Below are positions 10,463-20,811 of a DNA stretch of 64,000 bases, in pieces. Position 1 is the first letter of the stretch. Each line of letters begins with the position of its first letter. This DNA is from an uncultured delta proteobacterium (lineage in GTDB: Bacteria; Desulfobacterota; Desulfomonilia; Desulfomonilales; Desulfomonilaceae), in NCBI GenBank assembly GCA_963789265.1, contig CAWBKB010000001.1, positions 32,001-96,000 on the forward strand, read 5' to 3'. The notes under the pieces are model-generated. The model saw nothing but the letters and a program-made list of their open reading frames with translations, made no database searches and was not told where the DNA came from. A program made the translations under genes and the position numbers.

Positions 10463-10884
10463 CCATATTCGACAAACGATTCGGATCCGATTGGAGAAGC
10501 TCTGAACAGGAGTTTTGGGACTGATTTGAAAAAGACTCTCCTTGGACGAAGCGGCGATCATAAAGTGAGTCATGTTAGTTTCTCGAACCCGCACAAACGT
10601 TTGATTGGCAAAGCCCCCGGCGAGCCTAGTTGAGGTTGGTCTTGCTCCATGTGCTGAGGCTGACCCGGTCTGAGATAAGCTCGCGTAAAGGCTGCACATC
10701 AGTTGTCACTATTTGTAGCCGATTTGCTCAACCGTCTTCTTGCTAGGGCTCTGTCCTATAGTTCCCTGCAAGGACTTACGAGCTTAACAGGCAACAGAAT
10801 TAGTTTGGGTGAGGATAGTGAGAAACGTCTCGATAAGCGGTGATGGATTTGCTATTGAGGCTCTTTTGTTCCTGTCAGGAGGAG

Positions 10885-11144
10885 GGCCGATGGGCAGCGC
10901 GAAACTACTGCTGATGGCTGAGCCTTCGCTGGGGTTGGCACCGATAGTGGTCAACGATCTGGCCGTGGTGATCGAAAGTTTAAATAGTCGGGGAGCGCCT
11001 GTGTTGCTCATTGAGCAAGGCATTCGTCTGGTCCTTCGCGTTGCGCAGCGGGGTCATGCTCTGCAAATGGGCAGGGTCGTGATGGATGCCGATACAGCAC
11101 ACTTTAAGGCCGGCCTTTTCAAAAATGCTTGCCTAGGCGGATGA
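10885..11144 (+). pseudogene. Degenerate 3' fragment of a livF-type ATPase
   Basis: Colinear with 53245-53504, including the downstream UTR; Walker B DEP changed to AEP; Walker A missing. Confidence 0.85.
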
Positions 11145-11195
11145 GGTAGACACCGAGATTCAACGGATTAATCATGATGAGGAGGAGGACAGATC

Positions 11196-11957
11196 ATGCG
11201 CTTAGAAAACAGAGTCGCGCTGGTAACGGGGGCTGGGACAGGCCTAGGCAGGGCCATCGCCAAAAGGTTTGCCGCAGAGGGTGCAAAGGTGGTTGTCAAT
11301 GATATCAATGGAGTCACCGCCAGTGAGACGGTTGACGAGATCAAAGCAAAGAGTGGAAGCGCTGTCCATATCCACGGAAACACAAGCAATGAGGCGGATG
11401 CGGAAAAGGCAGTCCGAGTTGCCGTTGAGACTTACGGGGGACTGGATATTCTGATCAACAACGCCGGGGTAGAAGTATGGAAACTGGTCCATGAATTGGC
11501 CGTAGAGGAATGGGAGCGCGTTATGAGCGTCAACATGAGGGGAGTCTTTCTCATGTCAAAGCATGCCGTTCGGCAGATGTTGGCACAGAACCGGGGAGGC
11601 AAGATTGTGAATCTCTCCTCCGCTGGAGGTCTCGTTGGTCTTCCGCAACTGGGGGCGTACTGCGCCTCTAAGCATGGCGTCATCGGGTTGACCAAGACTA
11701 TGGCGCTGGAACTACGGGCACACAACATCAGGGTGAACGCTGTCTGCCCTTCCTTCATTGATACTGAGATGGTCAGACGCTCATTCGAGCTTCTTAGAAA
11801 CCGGGGGGTGCCTATCGATGACCTTCTGGTCCAGCTTTCCGGACGCCTGGGTACGCCGGACGAGGTCGCCGATCTCGCCCTGTTCCTGGCAAGCGACGAG
11901 TCTTCCTTTGTGAACGGTGCGGCCATACCCATCGACAATGCCTGTACGGCCCAGTAG
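11196..11957 (+). CDS. Short-chain dehydrogenase/reductase
   Basis: TGAGTGLG, NNAG, YCASK; strong RBS. Confidence 0.93.
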   Translation: MRLENRVALVTGAGTGLGRAIAKRFAAEGAKVVVNDINGVTASETVDEIKAKSGSAVHIHGNTSNEADAEKAVRVAVETYGGLDILINNAGVEVWKLVHELAVEEWERVMSVNMRGVFLMSKHAVRQMLAQNRGGKIVNLSSAGGLVGLPQLGAYCASKHGVIGLTKTMALELRAHNIRVNAVCPSFIDTEMVRRSFELLRNRGVPIDDLLVQLSGRLGTPDEVADLALFLASDESSFVNGAAIPIDNACTAQ

Positions 11958-11994
11958 GCCGCTCTGCGAAAGCTCTTGCCGAGAGCGTTCCTCA

Positions 11995-12430
11995 TGGCCT
12001 CTGGGGCAAGGCAAACCACATGGACAAACTCGTGTACCATACATCCCTGCCACTCGCTTCAAGGGTCGTCGCACGAACCCACATCGAACCTGTAGAAAGA
12101 CAAGAGATGGAGCAGTACCTACTCCATCACCTTGCTCTCACCGGCGTCAAATCCAACCTCTTCGATGATCCGGTCATCACAGCCATCCATCAAGGCTCAG
12201 GAGGAATATTCAGAAAGGCAAATCATCTGGCAAGAGGGGCTCTCATCGCAGCGGCCGACAGCCAATCTACCCTCGTTACCGCCGACCACGTCAGGCTGGC
12301 TGCCACTGAAATCTTTTAAGCAACCAAAACCGGGCCGGCACTCCCGGCTCGGTCCACACAATCTAAAAAACCAGGAGGTCTGTCCCAAATAATCAGGAAA
12401 AACCAGTCAATTTAATGTGAGAAACCAACC
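11995..12430 (+). mobile_element. Remnant of a DDE-transposase/ExeA-type AAA ATPase element (ATPase C-terminus plus probable element end)
   Basis: PLASRVVAR..HL...AIHQGSGGIFRKANHLARGAL...HVRLAATE is the C-terminus of transposon-associated ExeA-like ATPases; N-terminus absent; AT-rich tail to about 12430. Confidence 0.7.
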
Positions 12431-12612
12431 CTGCTTTGTCAGGCGCACCAATTCTTGCGCTGGGGTCATTCTTCACGGTTGGATCTCCGGTTGACAGACA
12501 CGAATTAGATCTTCTATGATCAAGGTTCGCAAAGGCTTCGGCTTCCCTTTCGCCCGATCCGAATATGCCCGACACTTCAGGTGAAAACCACGTGCAAGCG
12601 TAAACCGCATCC

Positions 12613-14823
12613 ATGACTAAGGGTGACAGAAAAAGCACAAATTCCAGGCTATTGAAATTCGGCTCTCGGAAAGGAAGAGGCTGGATTGATGTAGGGGGGA
12701 CTCGAATGTGCCTCCTGGACATCCCCGGTGGCTGGCTTAGTATTGCGCGGTCAATAACTCTGTTCGCAGGAGAGGATACGGCAAAAAGGGTTTTGTTCGA
12801 AGCAGGGTTGGGAGAGACCTTTTCAGCGACGGCACTGGAAGCTGGAATTCTCAGTAGGACCTCTCAAGGCTTCAGGGATGCAGTGGACACCTATTCGGAG
12901 GCCGGCTTCGGAAACTTTATCGTGAGGGAATTAGGCTTCTCAGAAGGATACTCACGAATAATGTGCGAGGACACGTTTGAAGCATGGGCCTTGCTCAGCA
13001 ACGGAAAGGTCTTTGATTCAAGGGTCTGCTACTATTCTACCGGGGTTCTGCTGTCTTTTATGAAGCATATTTCAGGGAAAACGGATCTCGTGGCAACTGA
13101 GACAAAGTGTATCAGTAGGGGCGATAACGAATGTGAGTTCGTCATTGGACCGGAAGACCGATTGCTGCAACAGGGAATAATTTTGCCCGAATGGGGCATG
13201 ACTATTAGGGAGAAGGCGGAATTCCTTGAAAGCCTTTTGGAAGAAAAGAGGAAGGTGGAAAAGGAAATCCGGCGGAAAAATATCGAATTGGCCTTGCTCA
13301 ACAAGATTTCTGCTACAGTCAATCAATCTCTGGATCTCGAAGAGATCTCGAATCTTGCAATCAGCGAACTTCGGAAAATGGTCATGGATAAGGCCGTTGC
13401 TATTTATGTAATTGATCCGAAAGAGAATGAGCTTATTCTGACGGCACATGAAGGATTTTCCGAGGAGTTCTTTACAAGCGTCAAAAAGCTCGACGTCGGG
13501 GAGGGGCTCACTGGAATTGTTGCCCGTGAAAAAAAGGCTATGGTTTGCGACGATTACGCGCAATGCTCCGAAGCAATCGAGTCGGCGGTACGAGAAGAAA
13601 AGATCAAATCTCTTTTATCCGTCCCTCTGATGGCCAAGGAGGTAATGGTTGGAGTTTTAACTATCACAAGTAAAACTCCATACCATTTTACAGACGAGGA
13701 GATAGCTCTTATGACTCATATCGGCAATCAGTTAGGTATGGCAATAGAGAATGCCCGATTGCATGAAGAAATCAAGGAATCGGAAAGCAAATACAAGACA
13801 CTGGTTGAAGACATTAACGACGGGTATTTCGTATCCCAGAATGGTAGAGTTGTATTCGCAAATAATGCATTTCTGACCATGAGTGGGTACGCGAAGGATG
13901 AGGTCATCGGAAGAGATTTCAAAATGTTTATCTCCACTGAATCTGTCCAGCACGTGAAGAAAACCATAGTGGACATGATGATGGACGAAATAGTTCCGGA
14001 GCATTTAGAATTTTTTAGAAAACATAAGGATGGAAGAGACCTGCCGACAGAACTGAAAATCGATTTGTCGGAATTCGATGGCAAGCCCGCAGTGATAGGC
14101 ATATTTAGGGACATCAGCGAACGTAAAAGACTGGAACAAAAAATCCTGGAGAATGAGAGACTGGCATCCATCGGACAACTGGCATCGACGATTGCTCATG
14201 AAATCAGAAATCCTCTTGGTGCAATCAAGATGAACGTCCAGATTCTTCTCAAGACCCTGAATATCCAAGGATTCGATAAGGAACGACTCGAAATCGCTGA
14301 AACTGAAATAAAGCGCTTGGACAGTTTCCTGCACGATATGCTGCATTTTGCCAAACCCGTTAAAATGAAGACAGACCTAAATTCCATTTGGGACATAATT
14401 GATGAATGTGTGGCAAGGCTCTCTGAAAGGCTGAGCCAAGCCAACATAAAAGTCCTCCGTAACAAAGTGGCAACGATCAGAAAGATACCGCTGGATTTTG
14501 GGAAAATGGAAGAAGTTTTCCTAAACATAATACTCAACTCCATAGACGCCATGCCGCGGGGAGGAGAAATAGAAGTTTCTGCTTTCGAGGCTCAAGAGTC
14601 AGGTCAATCGATGATACGGGTTGACATCAGAGATAATGGTGTAGGAATACCGGCAGGGCAAGTGCGTATGATCTTTGAACCTTTCTTCAGCACCAAGACT
14701 GAAGGCGTAGGTTTAGGCCTATCGAACGTTAAGAAAATAGTTGAGGCCCACCGCGGAATCATTGAGGTGGAAAGTCGCGTGAATTTGGGAACTTCTTTCA
14801 AAATCCTGCTCCCTGCGAGGTGA
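12613..14823 (+). CDS. Sensor histidine kinase with N-terminal V4R (XylR-like) domain, GAF and PAS
   Basis: ETKCISRGDNECEF (V4R), GAF (SLLSVPL...LGMAIENARL), PAS, IAHEIRNPL H-box, FFSTKTEGVGLGL. Confidence 0.92.
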   Translation: MTKGDRKSTNSRLLKFGSRKGRGWIDVGGTRMCLLDIPGGWLSIARSITLFAGEDTAKRVLFEAGLGETFSATALEAGILSRTSQGFRDAVDTYSEAGFGNFIVRELGFSEGYSRIMCEDTFEAWALLSNGKVFDSRVCYYSTGVLLSFMKHISGKTDLVATETKCISRGDNECEFVIGPEDRLLQQGIILPEWGMTIREKAEFLESLLEEKRKVEKEIRRKNIELALLNKISATVNQSLDLEEISNLAISELRKMVMDKAVAIYVIDPKENELILTAHEGFSEEFFTSVKKLDVGEGLTGIVAREKKAMVCDDYAQCSEAIESAVREEKIKSLLSVPLMAKEVMVGVLTITSKTPYHFTDEEIALMTHIGNQLGMAIENARLHEEIKESESKYKTLVEDINDGYFVSQNGRVVFANNAFLTMSGYAKDEVIGRDFKMFISTESVQHVKKTIVDMMMDEIVPEHLEFFRKHKDGRDLPTELKIDLSEFDGKPAVIGIFRDISERKRLEQKILENERLASIGQLASTIAHEIRNPLGAIKMNVQILLKTLNIQGFDKERLEIAETEIKRLDSFLHDMLHFAKPVKMKTDLNSIWDIIDECVARLSERLSQANIKVLRNKVATIRKIPLDFGKMEEVFLNIILNSIDAMPRGGEIEVSAFEAQESGQSMIRVDIRDNGVGIPAGQVRMIFEPFFSTKTEGVGLGLSNVKKIVEAHRGIIEVESRVNLGTSFKILLPAR

Positions 14824-14826
14824 AGC

Positions 14827-16170
14827 ATCGCTCTAAGGATACTGATAATCGACGATGAGAGATCCATCCGTAAGTCCCTTGAGATGTTCTTTCAAGAGAA
14901 AGGATATGACGTACTCACTGCTGAGAACGGCGAAAAAGGGCTGCTGATTGTCGAAACCGAAAGGCCCGAAATACTGATCTTGGACATCCGCCTGCCCGGC
15001 ATGGATGGATTGGAGGTGCTGCGCGCGGTGCGGGCCAGGCATCAAATTGTCAGTGTTATTGTGATCACCGCCTTTCATGACATGGACACTACGATCCAGG
15101 CAATGAAACTTGGGGCCTATGAATATATCCACAAGCCTATTGATAGTGACGAGCTGGAAATCGTCGTTGACAAGGTTGCCAGAAACATCAGGCTGAGCGG
15201 GCGGTTGGAAGATTTAATTACCGAAATTTCCAGGGATTACAAGGTACATAACATCGTCGGCGAGACGTCGGCGATGCAGGAAATCTTTAAACTTATAGGT
15301 CTGGTGTCTGAAAATAGAGCGACAGTTCTCATACAGGGTGAAAGCGGCACTGGCAAAGAGTTGATTGCCAAGACCATTCATTACAACAGCCAATTTGGTA
15401 GAGAGCCTTTTGTTCCCGTAAATTGTTCAACGCTTGTTGAAAATCTGTTCGAAAGTGAATTGTTCGGGCATGAAAAGGGGGCCTTCACCGGCGCCGAGTA
15501 TCTGAAAAAAGGTAAAATCGAATACGCTCACAACGGGACGATATTCTTTGACGAAATAGGAGACACTTCTCTTTCGGTGCAAGTGAAGCTATTAAGGTTT
15601 CTTCAAGAAAGGGAGTTCGAGCGAGTCGGGGGAAAGGAGCTATTGCGCTCAAAAGCTAGAATAATCGCGGCCACCAATAGAGGCCTTCCCGGACTCGTGG
15701 CCGAAAAGAGCTTCCGACAGGACCTGTATTACAGGCTTAAGGTAGTGGAAATCCAGGTTCCGCCGTTGCGGGATCGGAAATCTGACATTCCACTTCTTGT
15801 CGATCACCTTTTGAACAAGATCAACGAAGAACTTCATAAGAAAGTGACCAAAGTTCCCAAGAACATTATGACTTGCTTGATGAATTATCACTGGCCGGGA
15901 AACGTGAGAGAGTTGGAAAATATACTGACCAGGGCTGTTGTGCGGTCCAAAGGCGACGTGTTATCGCCAGACGATTTTTCGGATCTCAACCTTAGCGATT
16001 CGTGCTCCGCTACACGGCTCCCCGTCAAGCGGCTGGAGGACGTGGTGAAACGTCATGTTTCGGAGATCCTCAGATACACGAACTGGCACAAAGGTAAGGC
16101 CTGTGAATTGTTGGGAGTAACGAGACCCACCTTGAGGGACATGATCAAGAAGTACAATCTTTACCCGTGA
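14827..16170 (+). CDS. Sigma-54-dependent response regulator (NtrC/AtoC family); start codon position reads ATC
   Basis: Receiver ILIIDDE lies upstream of the first ATG (14884); GESGTGKE, GAFTGA, WPGNVREL, Fis-type HTH. Confidence 0.9.
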   Translation: MALRILIIDDERSIRKSLEMFFQEKGYDVLTAENGEKGLLIVETERPEILILDIRLPGMDGLEVLRAVRARHQIVSVIVITAFHDMDTTIQAMKLGAYEYIHKPIDSDELEIVVDKVARNIRLSGRLEDLITEISRDYKVHNIVGETSAMQEIFKLIGLVSENRATVLIQGESGTGKELIAKTIHYNSQFGREPFVPVNCSTLVENLFESELFGHEKGAFTGAEYLKKGKIEYAHNGTIFFDEIGDTSLSVQVKLLRFLQEREFERVGGKELLRSKARIIAATNRGLPGLVAEKSFRQDLYYRLKVVEIQVPPLRDRKSDIPLLVDHLLNKINEELHKKVTKVPKNIMTCLMNYHWPGNVRELENILTRAVVRSKGDVLSPDDFSDLNLSDSCSATRLPVKRLEDVVKRHVSEILRYTNWHKGKACELLGVTRPTLRDMIKKYNLYP

Positions 16171-16217
16171 CACGGCTACTGGTTCAAGAAGGCATCCCCC
16201 TTGCCGGCCTTGTCGAC

Positions 16218-16265
16218 TGAAAGAAACTTTCACCCCTCTGACTAAGAGTTTGAAAAAATCTTTCA
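16218..16265. promoter_or_regulatory. Tandem palindromic enhancer (UAS) sites TGAAA-N5-TTTCA
   Basis: TGAAAGAAACTTTCA (16218-16232) and TGAAAAAATCTTTCA (16251-16265), 33 bp apart, upstream of a -24/-12-like element. Confidence 0.65.
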
Positions 16266-16348
16266 AGTCTCCATCTCGCATGAGCACCTCCCGTGCTTAA
16301 TCGACCCCAAAGTTTAATTATTTCACGGCACGATTCTAGAGCAGCTTT

Positions 16349-16363
16349 TGGCACAGTTCTTGA
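16349..16363 (+). promoter_or_regulatory. Putative sigma-54 (-24/-12) promoter
   Basis: TGGCAC-AGTTC-TTGA (GG-N10-GA, one deviation from GC). Confidence 0.6.
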
Positions 16364-16712
16364 TGCCTTTACAGACGGCTTCTTCACAGCGAGCTTTGCT
16401 GTCGATCATCAGTCTTAATGTTTCAGAAACTCCTTGTCAGGTCATGCAACATCGAACGCCTCCTTAGGTTTTTCGAGAAGCATACTTGGCATGCTTTCGT
16501 GCCCACTTCACGTTGTGATGCGCCCATGGCCTTTCATGAGTGTTAGAGGAAGGGCTCCCTTCCCGGTCAATGAATTGCGATTTTGTCGCAGAACTCCTAC
16601 GCCGGATGCCATGCGTGGCTCGTTCACGGTGCATGCAGCTTGAGGTGCAAGGAGGTTTCACAGGATTTCTTGGACCTAGATCGGACCAAGACAACACAGG
16701 AGGACGATTTCA

Positions 16713-18683
16713 ATGGCCGCAGAACAAAAGTTTCCCAAGCTGATGGAGCCGGGTGAGATCGCAAACTTGACCCTCAAAAACCGCGTCGTCTCCGCACCCA
16801 TGGTTACTGGGTACGCCACACGCGATGGAATGGTCACCGAACGACTGCTAAGGTTTTACGCGGAGAAGGCCAGAGGTGGAACCGGACTGATTGTCGTAGA
16901 GTATTCCTACATAGACCAGGAAGCCAGCAAGTCGGCCTATTGTCAACTCGGAGTATATGATGACGAATGTGTCATAGGTCTCGCTCAGTTGGCAGAATGC
17001 ATTCAGGAAAATGGGGCGAAAGCCTGTTTACAGATAGAGCATTGCGGAAGGCAGAAGTTCATTGGGACTTTCCCAATGGTAGCGCCCTCTCGTGTTCCCT
17101 GGGAGGCCCTCTTGGCAATGGGAGCCGTGATTCCAACTGAGCTCGGGATAGAAGAAATTCGGCACATAGTGGAATCCTTCGGCGATGCTGCACGCAGAAC
17201 CAAGCAGGCTGGTTTCGACATGGTCGAAATTCACGGGGCCCATGGATACTTGATCACCAACTTCCTCTCTCGCCACACTAATCGACGCACAGACATGTAC
17301 GGGGGCAGCCTCCATGAGAGGATGAGATTTGGCCTTGAGGTGGCAGAGAACGTCAGAAAAAAGGTGGGACCAAGCTACCCGGTCTGTATAAGGCTGAGCG
17401 GGACTGAATACATCGAAGATGGTGTCATGATTGAACATACCATAGCCTTTGCCAAGGAGTTGGAAAACATCGGGATCGACGTTTTCCACATCTCTGGAGG
17501 AAATCACCACACAATGCACTGCCAAGTGGTTCCGTCAAACCAACCTCTCGCTTTTAACGCGTGGGCTGCTGAAGCGGTGAAAATGGAAGTGAAGGCCCCT
17601 GTCATTGCCTCTGGTTCCATCACCAGCCCGGAACTGGCCGAAAGTATCCTGCGGGAAGGCAAAGGAGATTTCGTGTCTCTCGGCCGGCCTCTCGTTGCCG
17701 ACCCGTATTTCCCAAAGAAAGCGGAACTGGGTAACCCTGAGGAAATTCGTCATTGCGTGAGATGTAATCAGGGTTGTCTGCAAAAAGGGATTATGGCCGG
17801 AAAAAGTCTCATGTGTTCAGTTAACGTGGCTATTGGTAGAGAAGATCGGTTTGCGCGCCTGCAATACGATGAAAATGATCCTGCACCGCTATCAAAAAGC
17901 GTCTTCGTGGTAGGCGGCGGGCCGGGAGGCATGGAGGCAGCGCGAGTCGCGGCTCTGCGAGGGCATAAAGTTCAGCTCTTTGAAAAAAGGGAGCAACTGG
18001 GTGGGGCGCTTCTCGAGGCTTCTGTCCCTGAATTCAAACATGAGCTCAAAGACCTGATTGATTATCTGTCCAATCAGCTGAAAAGACTCAACGTGGATAT
18101 CCATCTGAACACCGAAATCACGGCAGCCCAAATTCTCAAGAAACGTCCCGACGCCGTCGTAGTTTCAGCCGGAAGCAAGCCGTCCATGCCGGAGATTCCT
18201 GGGATTGAGAGCGAAAACTGCATCAACGGCCTCGAAGTGTACAGGGGAAAAGACGTCGGTGAGACCGTGGTTATAGTTGGTGGCGGCATGCTTGGTTCCG
18301 AATTGGCCCTTCACCTCGCGGAGAAAGGGAAAAAGGTCATTCTGACTACCCGGCAGGAAAAGATCGCTTATGACATGGAGATGGCCCACTTCATTGTGTT
18401 CATGGGAAGACTTGCGAACTCAGGCGTCCAGGTTCACACCAACAAATTGCTGTCCCAAATTACTCCCGAGGGAGTTGTCATGCTGGATCTGGCAAGGCTG
18501 GGAGAGAGGACGGAAGTGAAAGCGGATACGATCATCGTCATGGGTGGTTTTCAACCAGATCAGAGTCTGTGCGAACAGCTCAACGGAAACGGACTGCAAG
18601 TTATACCCGTAGGTGACTGCAACCAACCTCGCGGCATCCACGAAGCCATATATGAAGGCCATCTAGCGGCCAGATCCATTTGA
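16713..18683 (+). CDS. Old-yellow-enzyme family NADH:flavin oxidoreductase (FMN barrel, [4Fe-4S], FAD domain)
   Basis: EIHGAHGYL, CVRCNQGC...C, GGGPGG Rossmann motif. Confidence 0.92.
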   Translation: MAAEQKFPKLMEPGEIANLTLKNRVVSAPMVTGYATRDGMVTERLLRFYAEKARGGTGLIVVEYSYIDQEASKSAYCQLGVYDDECVIGLAQLAECIQENGAKACLQIEHCGRQKFIGTFPMVAPSRVPWEALLAMGAVIPTELGIEEIRHIVESFGDAARRTKQAGFDMVEIHGAHGYLITNFLSRHTNRRTDMYGGSLHERMRFGLEVAENVRKKVGPSYPVCIRLSGTEYIEDGVMIEHTIAFAKELENIGIDVFHISGGNHHTMHCQVVPSNQPLAFNAWAAEAVKMEVKAPVIASGSITSPELAESILREGKGDFVSLGRPLVADPYFPKKAELGNPEEIRHCVRCNQGCLQKGIMAGKSLMCSVNVAIGREDRFARLQYDENDPAPLSKSVFVVGGGPGGMEAARVAALRGHKVQLFEKREQLGGALLEASVPEFKHELKDLIDYLSNQLKRLNVDIHLNTEITAAQILKKRPDAVVVSAGSKPSMPEIPGIESENCINGLEVYRGKDVGETVVIVGGGMLGSELALHLAEKGKKVILTTRQEKIAYDMEMAHFIVFMGRLANSGVQVHTNKLLSQITPEGVVMLDLARLGERTEVKADTIIVMGGFQPDQSLCEQLNGNGLQVIPVGDCNQPRGIHEAIYEGHLAARSI

Positions 18684-18715
18684 CACCGAGAAATAGCCTG
18701 CAAGGAGCGTGCAAA

Positions 18716-20797
18716 ATGAAGTACGTGGTCGGAGTAGACATAGGAGGAACATTCACTGATTTGGTCTGCGTCGATGAGGCCGGAGAGATTGCCATCGTAA
18801 AGACTCCCTCAACACCTGACGACCCATCCATTGCGGTCTTGAATGCTCTTCAAAGGGCAGCTGCTGAACTGGGACTCGAGTACAGTTCATTCCTTACCAA
18901 CATTACGCGCATATGTCATGGAACCACCGTGAGTACCAATACGGTGCTCACCTGGACTGGTGCAAAGGTCGGCTTTCTCACCACAAAGGGATTCAGGGAT
19001 ATCTTGGGGATGCGCTTTGGCATTAGAGAAACTCCCTATGACTACACGGTACCTAAGCCCAGATCGCTATCCCGAAGGTACCTGCGCGTCCCGGTTGAGG
19101 AGCGGATTAAATGGAATGGGGAGGTCATGGTCCCCCTCAACGAAGATGAGGTCAGAAAAGCGTGCAAGTACCTCAAAGAGCAAGGAGTTCAGGCGGTGGT
19201 CGTGGGATTTCTCTGGTCATTCAAGAATAATGCCCACGAGAACAGAGCCGTAGAGATATGTCGCGAAGAGCTTCCCGATGTATATGTTTGCTCGTCATGT
19301 GACATTCAGCCAGAGATTCGAGAATACTGGCGCTTCAGCACCGCGGTGCTCAGCGCCTATGTAGGACCGAATCTTTCGGGGTATATACATAATCTGGTGG
19401 AATCTCTTGATGGGGCCGGCTTCAAGGGAGAACTCCTCATCACGCAATCGAATGCCGGCGTCATTTCTCCGGAGCTTGCGGTTGAGCAGGCCGTCCGCAC
19501 AATCCTTTCTGGTCCAGCCTGTGGTCCGGCCGCCGCCGCCTATCTAGCTTCGCCCCTAAACATGAAGGATCTGATAACCGTAGACATGGGCGGCACGAGC
19601 TTCGACGTGTGTCTCATCAAAGACGGCCAGCCGGCCACAACCTTGGAGACAGCCGTTGCAGGTGTATACCACATGAGGCTCCCTATGATCGACGTTCATA
19701 CCATTGGAGCCGGCGGAGGCAGCATAGCATGGTTGGACAAAATGAATGTACTGCACGTCGGCCCTCAAAGCGCTGGCTCGGTCCCCGGTCCCGCATGCTA
19801 CGGCCGTGGGGGTACCGAACCGACGAGCACGGACGCGGACTTGATTCTGGGCTATCTTAACCCAGCGTTCTTTAATGGCGGAGAGATGGTTCTCGACGTT
19901 AGCTTGGCTGAAAGGGCTATCAAGGAAAAAATCGCAGATCCATTGGGGATAAACACAGTAGACGCGGCCAGAGCCATAAGAAAAATAGTTGATCACAACA
20001 TGTCGGACGCAATATCTACGGTTTCCGTGGAGAGGGGAGAGGATCCTAGAAAATTTACGCTCGTCGCGGCCGGTGGCGCAGGTCCGGTCCACGTGACGGA
20101 TCTGGCCAAGGACCTTGGTATTAAACAAATCCTCATCTCCAGAAGTTCTTCGATATTCTGTGCGATGGGGAGCATCATTGCAGATCTCAGGCACGATTTT
20201 GTCACCTCTGTGGTCACCAAGGCGAATGCCGCGGATCTTGATGCCATTAACGTAGCATACCTGGACATGCGGGCCATGGGAGACCGTTACCTTTCTCGCG
20301 AGGGCATTGCCGAGACGGATAGATATTACGAAAAATCGGTTGATATGAGATACAAGGGCCAATTCCATGAGGTTGAGCTTCCTTTACCCAAGGGTCCCCT
20401 CAGCGACGCCATGAGAGAATACATGGTAAACGGATTTCACAAGAAGCATGAGGATCTCTATGGGTACAGAGATGAGGTGGAGACGGAGGTCATCAACCTC
20501 CGTAGATCCTGTTACGGCAAGGTCGTAGTCCCCGAGAGAAAGGCTATGCCCTGGTCATCTCCGGATGCAAAGAAATTCATCAAAGGGAAAAGAGATGTTT
20601 ATTTTGAAGAAGAATTCGGTTTTGTTCCAACAAACATATTCGATGGGGATCGGATGCAGCCTGGAAACATTGTCGAAGGGCCTGCCATAGTTGAACAGAA
20701 AGCTACCACAGTGGTAGTTCCCCCGAAGGCCAGACTCGAGGTCACTACCTATGGCGATTATTTGCTGAGGTTGGGAGCCGCGGGCTATTCCCTTTGA
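18716..20797 (+). CDS. Hydantoinase/oxoprolinase family subunit A (ATP-binding)
   Basis: DIGGTFTD, HGTTVSTN, SGPA, DMGGTSFD, GAGGGS, GPACYGRGG. Confidence 0.94.
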   Translation: MKYVVGVDIGGTFTDLVCVDEAGEIAIVKTPSTPDDPSIAVLNALQRAAAELGLEYSSFLTNITRICHGTTVSTNTVLTWTGAKVGFLTTKGFRDILGMRFGIRETPYDYTVPKPRSLSRRYLRVPVEERIKWNGEVMVPLNEDEVRKACKYLKEQGVQAVVVGFLWSFKNNAHENRAVEICREELPDVYVCSSCDIQPEIREYWRFSTAVLSAYVGPNLSGYIHNLVESLDGAGFKGELLITQSNAGVISPELAVEQAVRTILSGPACGPAAAAYLASPLNMKDLITVDMGGTSFDVCLIKDGQPATTLETAVAGVYHMRLPMIDVHTIGAGGGSIAWLDKMNVLHVGPQSAGSVPGPACYGRGGTEPTSTDADLILGYLNPAFFNGGEMVLDVSLAERAIKEKIADPLGINTVDAARAIRKIVDHNMSDAISTVSVERGEDPRKFTLVAAGGAGPVHVTDLAKDLGIKQILISRSSSIFCAMGSIIADLRHDFVTSVVTKANAADLDAINVAYLDMRAMGDRYLSREGIAETDRYYEKSVDMRYKGQFHEVELPLPKGPLSDAMREYMVNGFHKKHEDLYGYRDEVETEVINLRRSCYGKVVVPERKAMPWSSPDAKKFIKGKRDVYFEEEFGFVPTNIFDGDRMQPGNIVEGPAIVEQKATTVVVPPKARLEVTTYGDYLLRLGAAGYSL

Positions 20798-20811
20798 TAC
20801 GGAGGAAAACA

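Noticed and set aside
16487..16503. Second sigma-54 promoter (TGGCATGCTTTCGTGC)
   Set aside because: GG to GC spacing is 11 rather than the required 10
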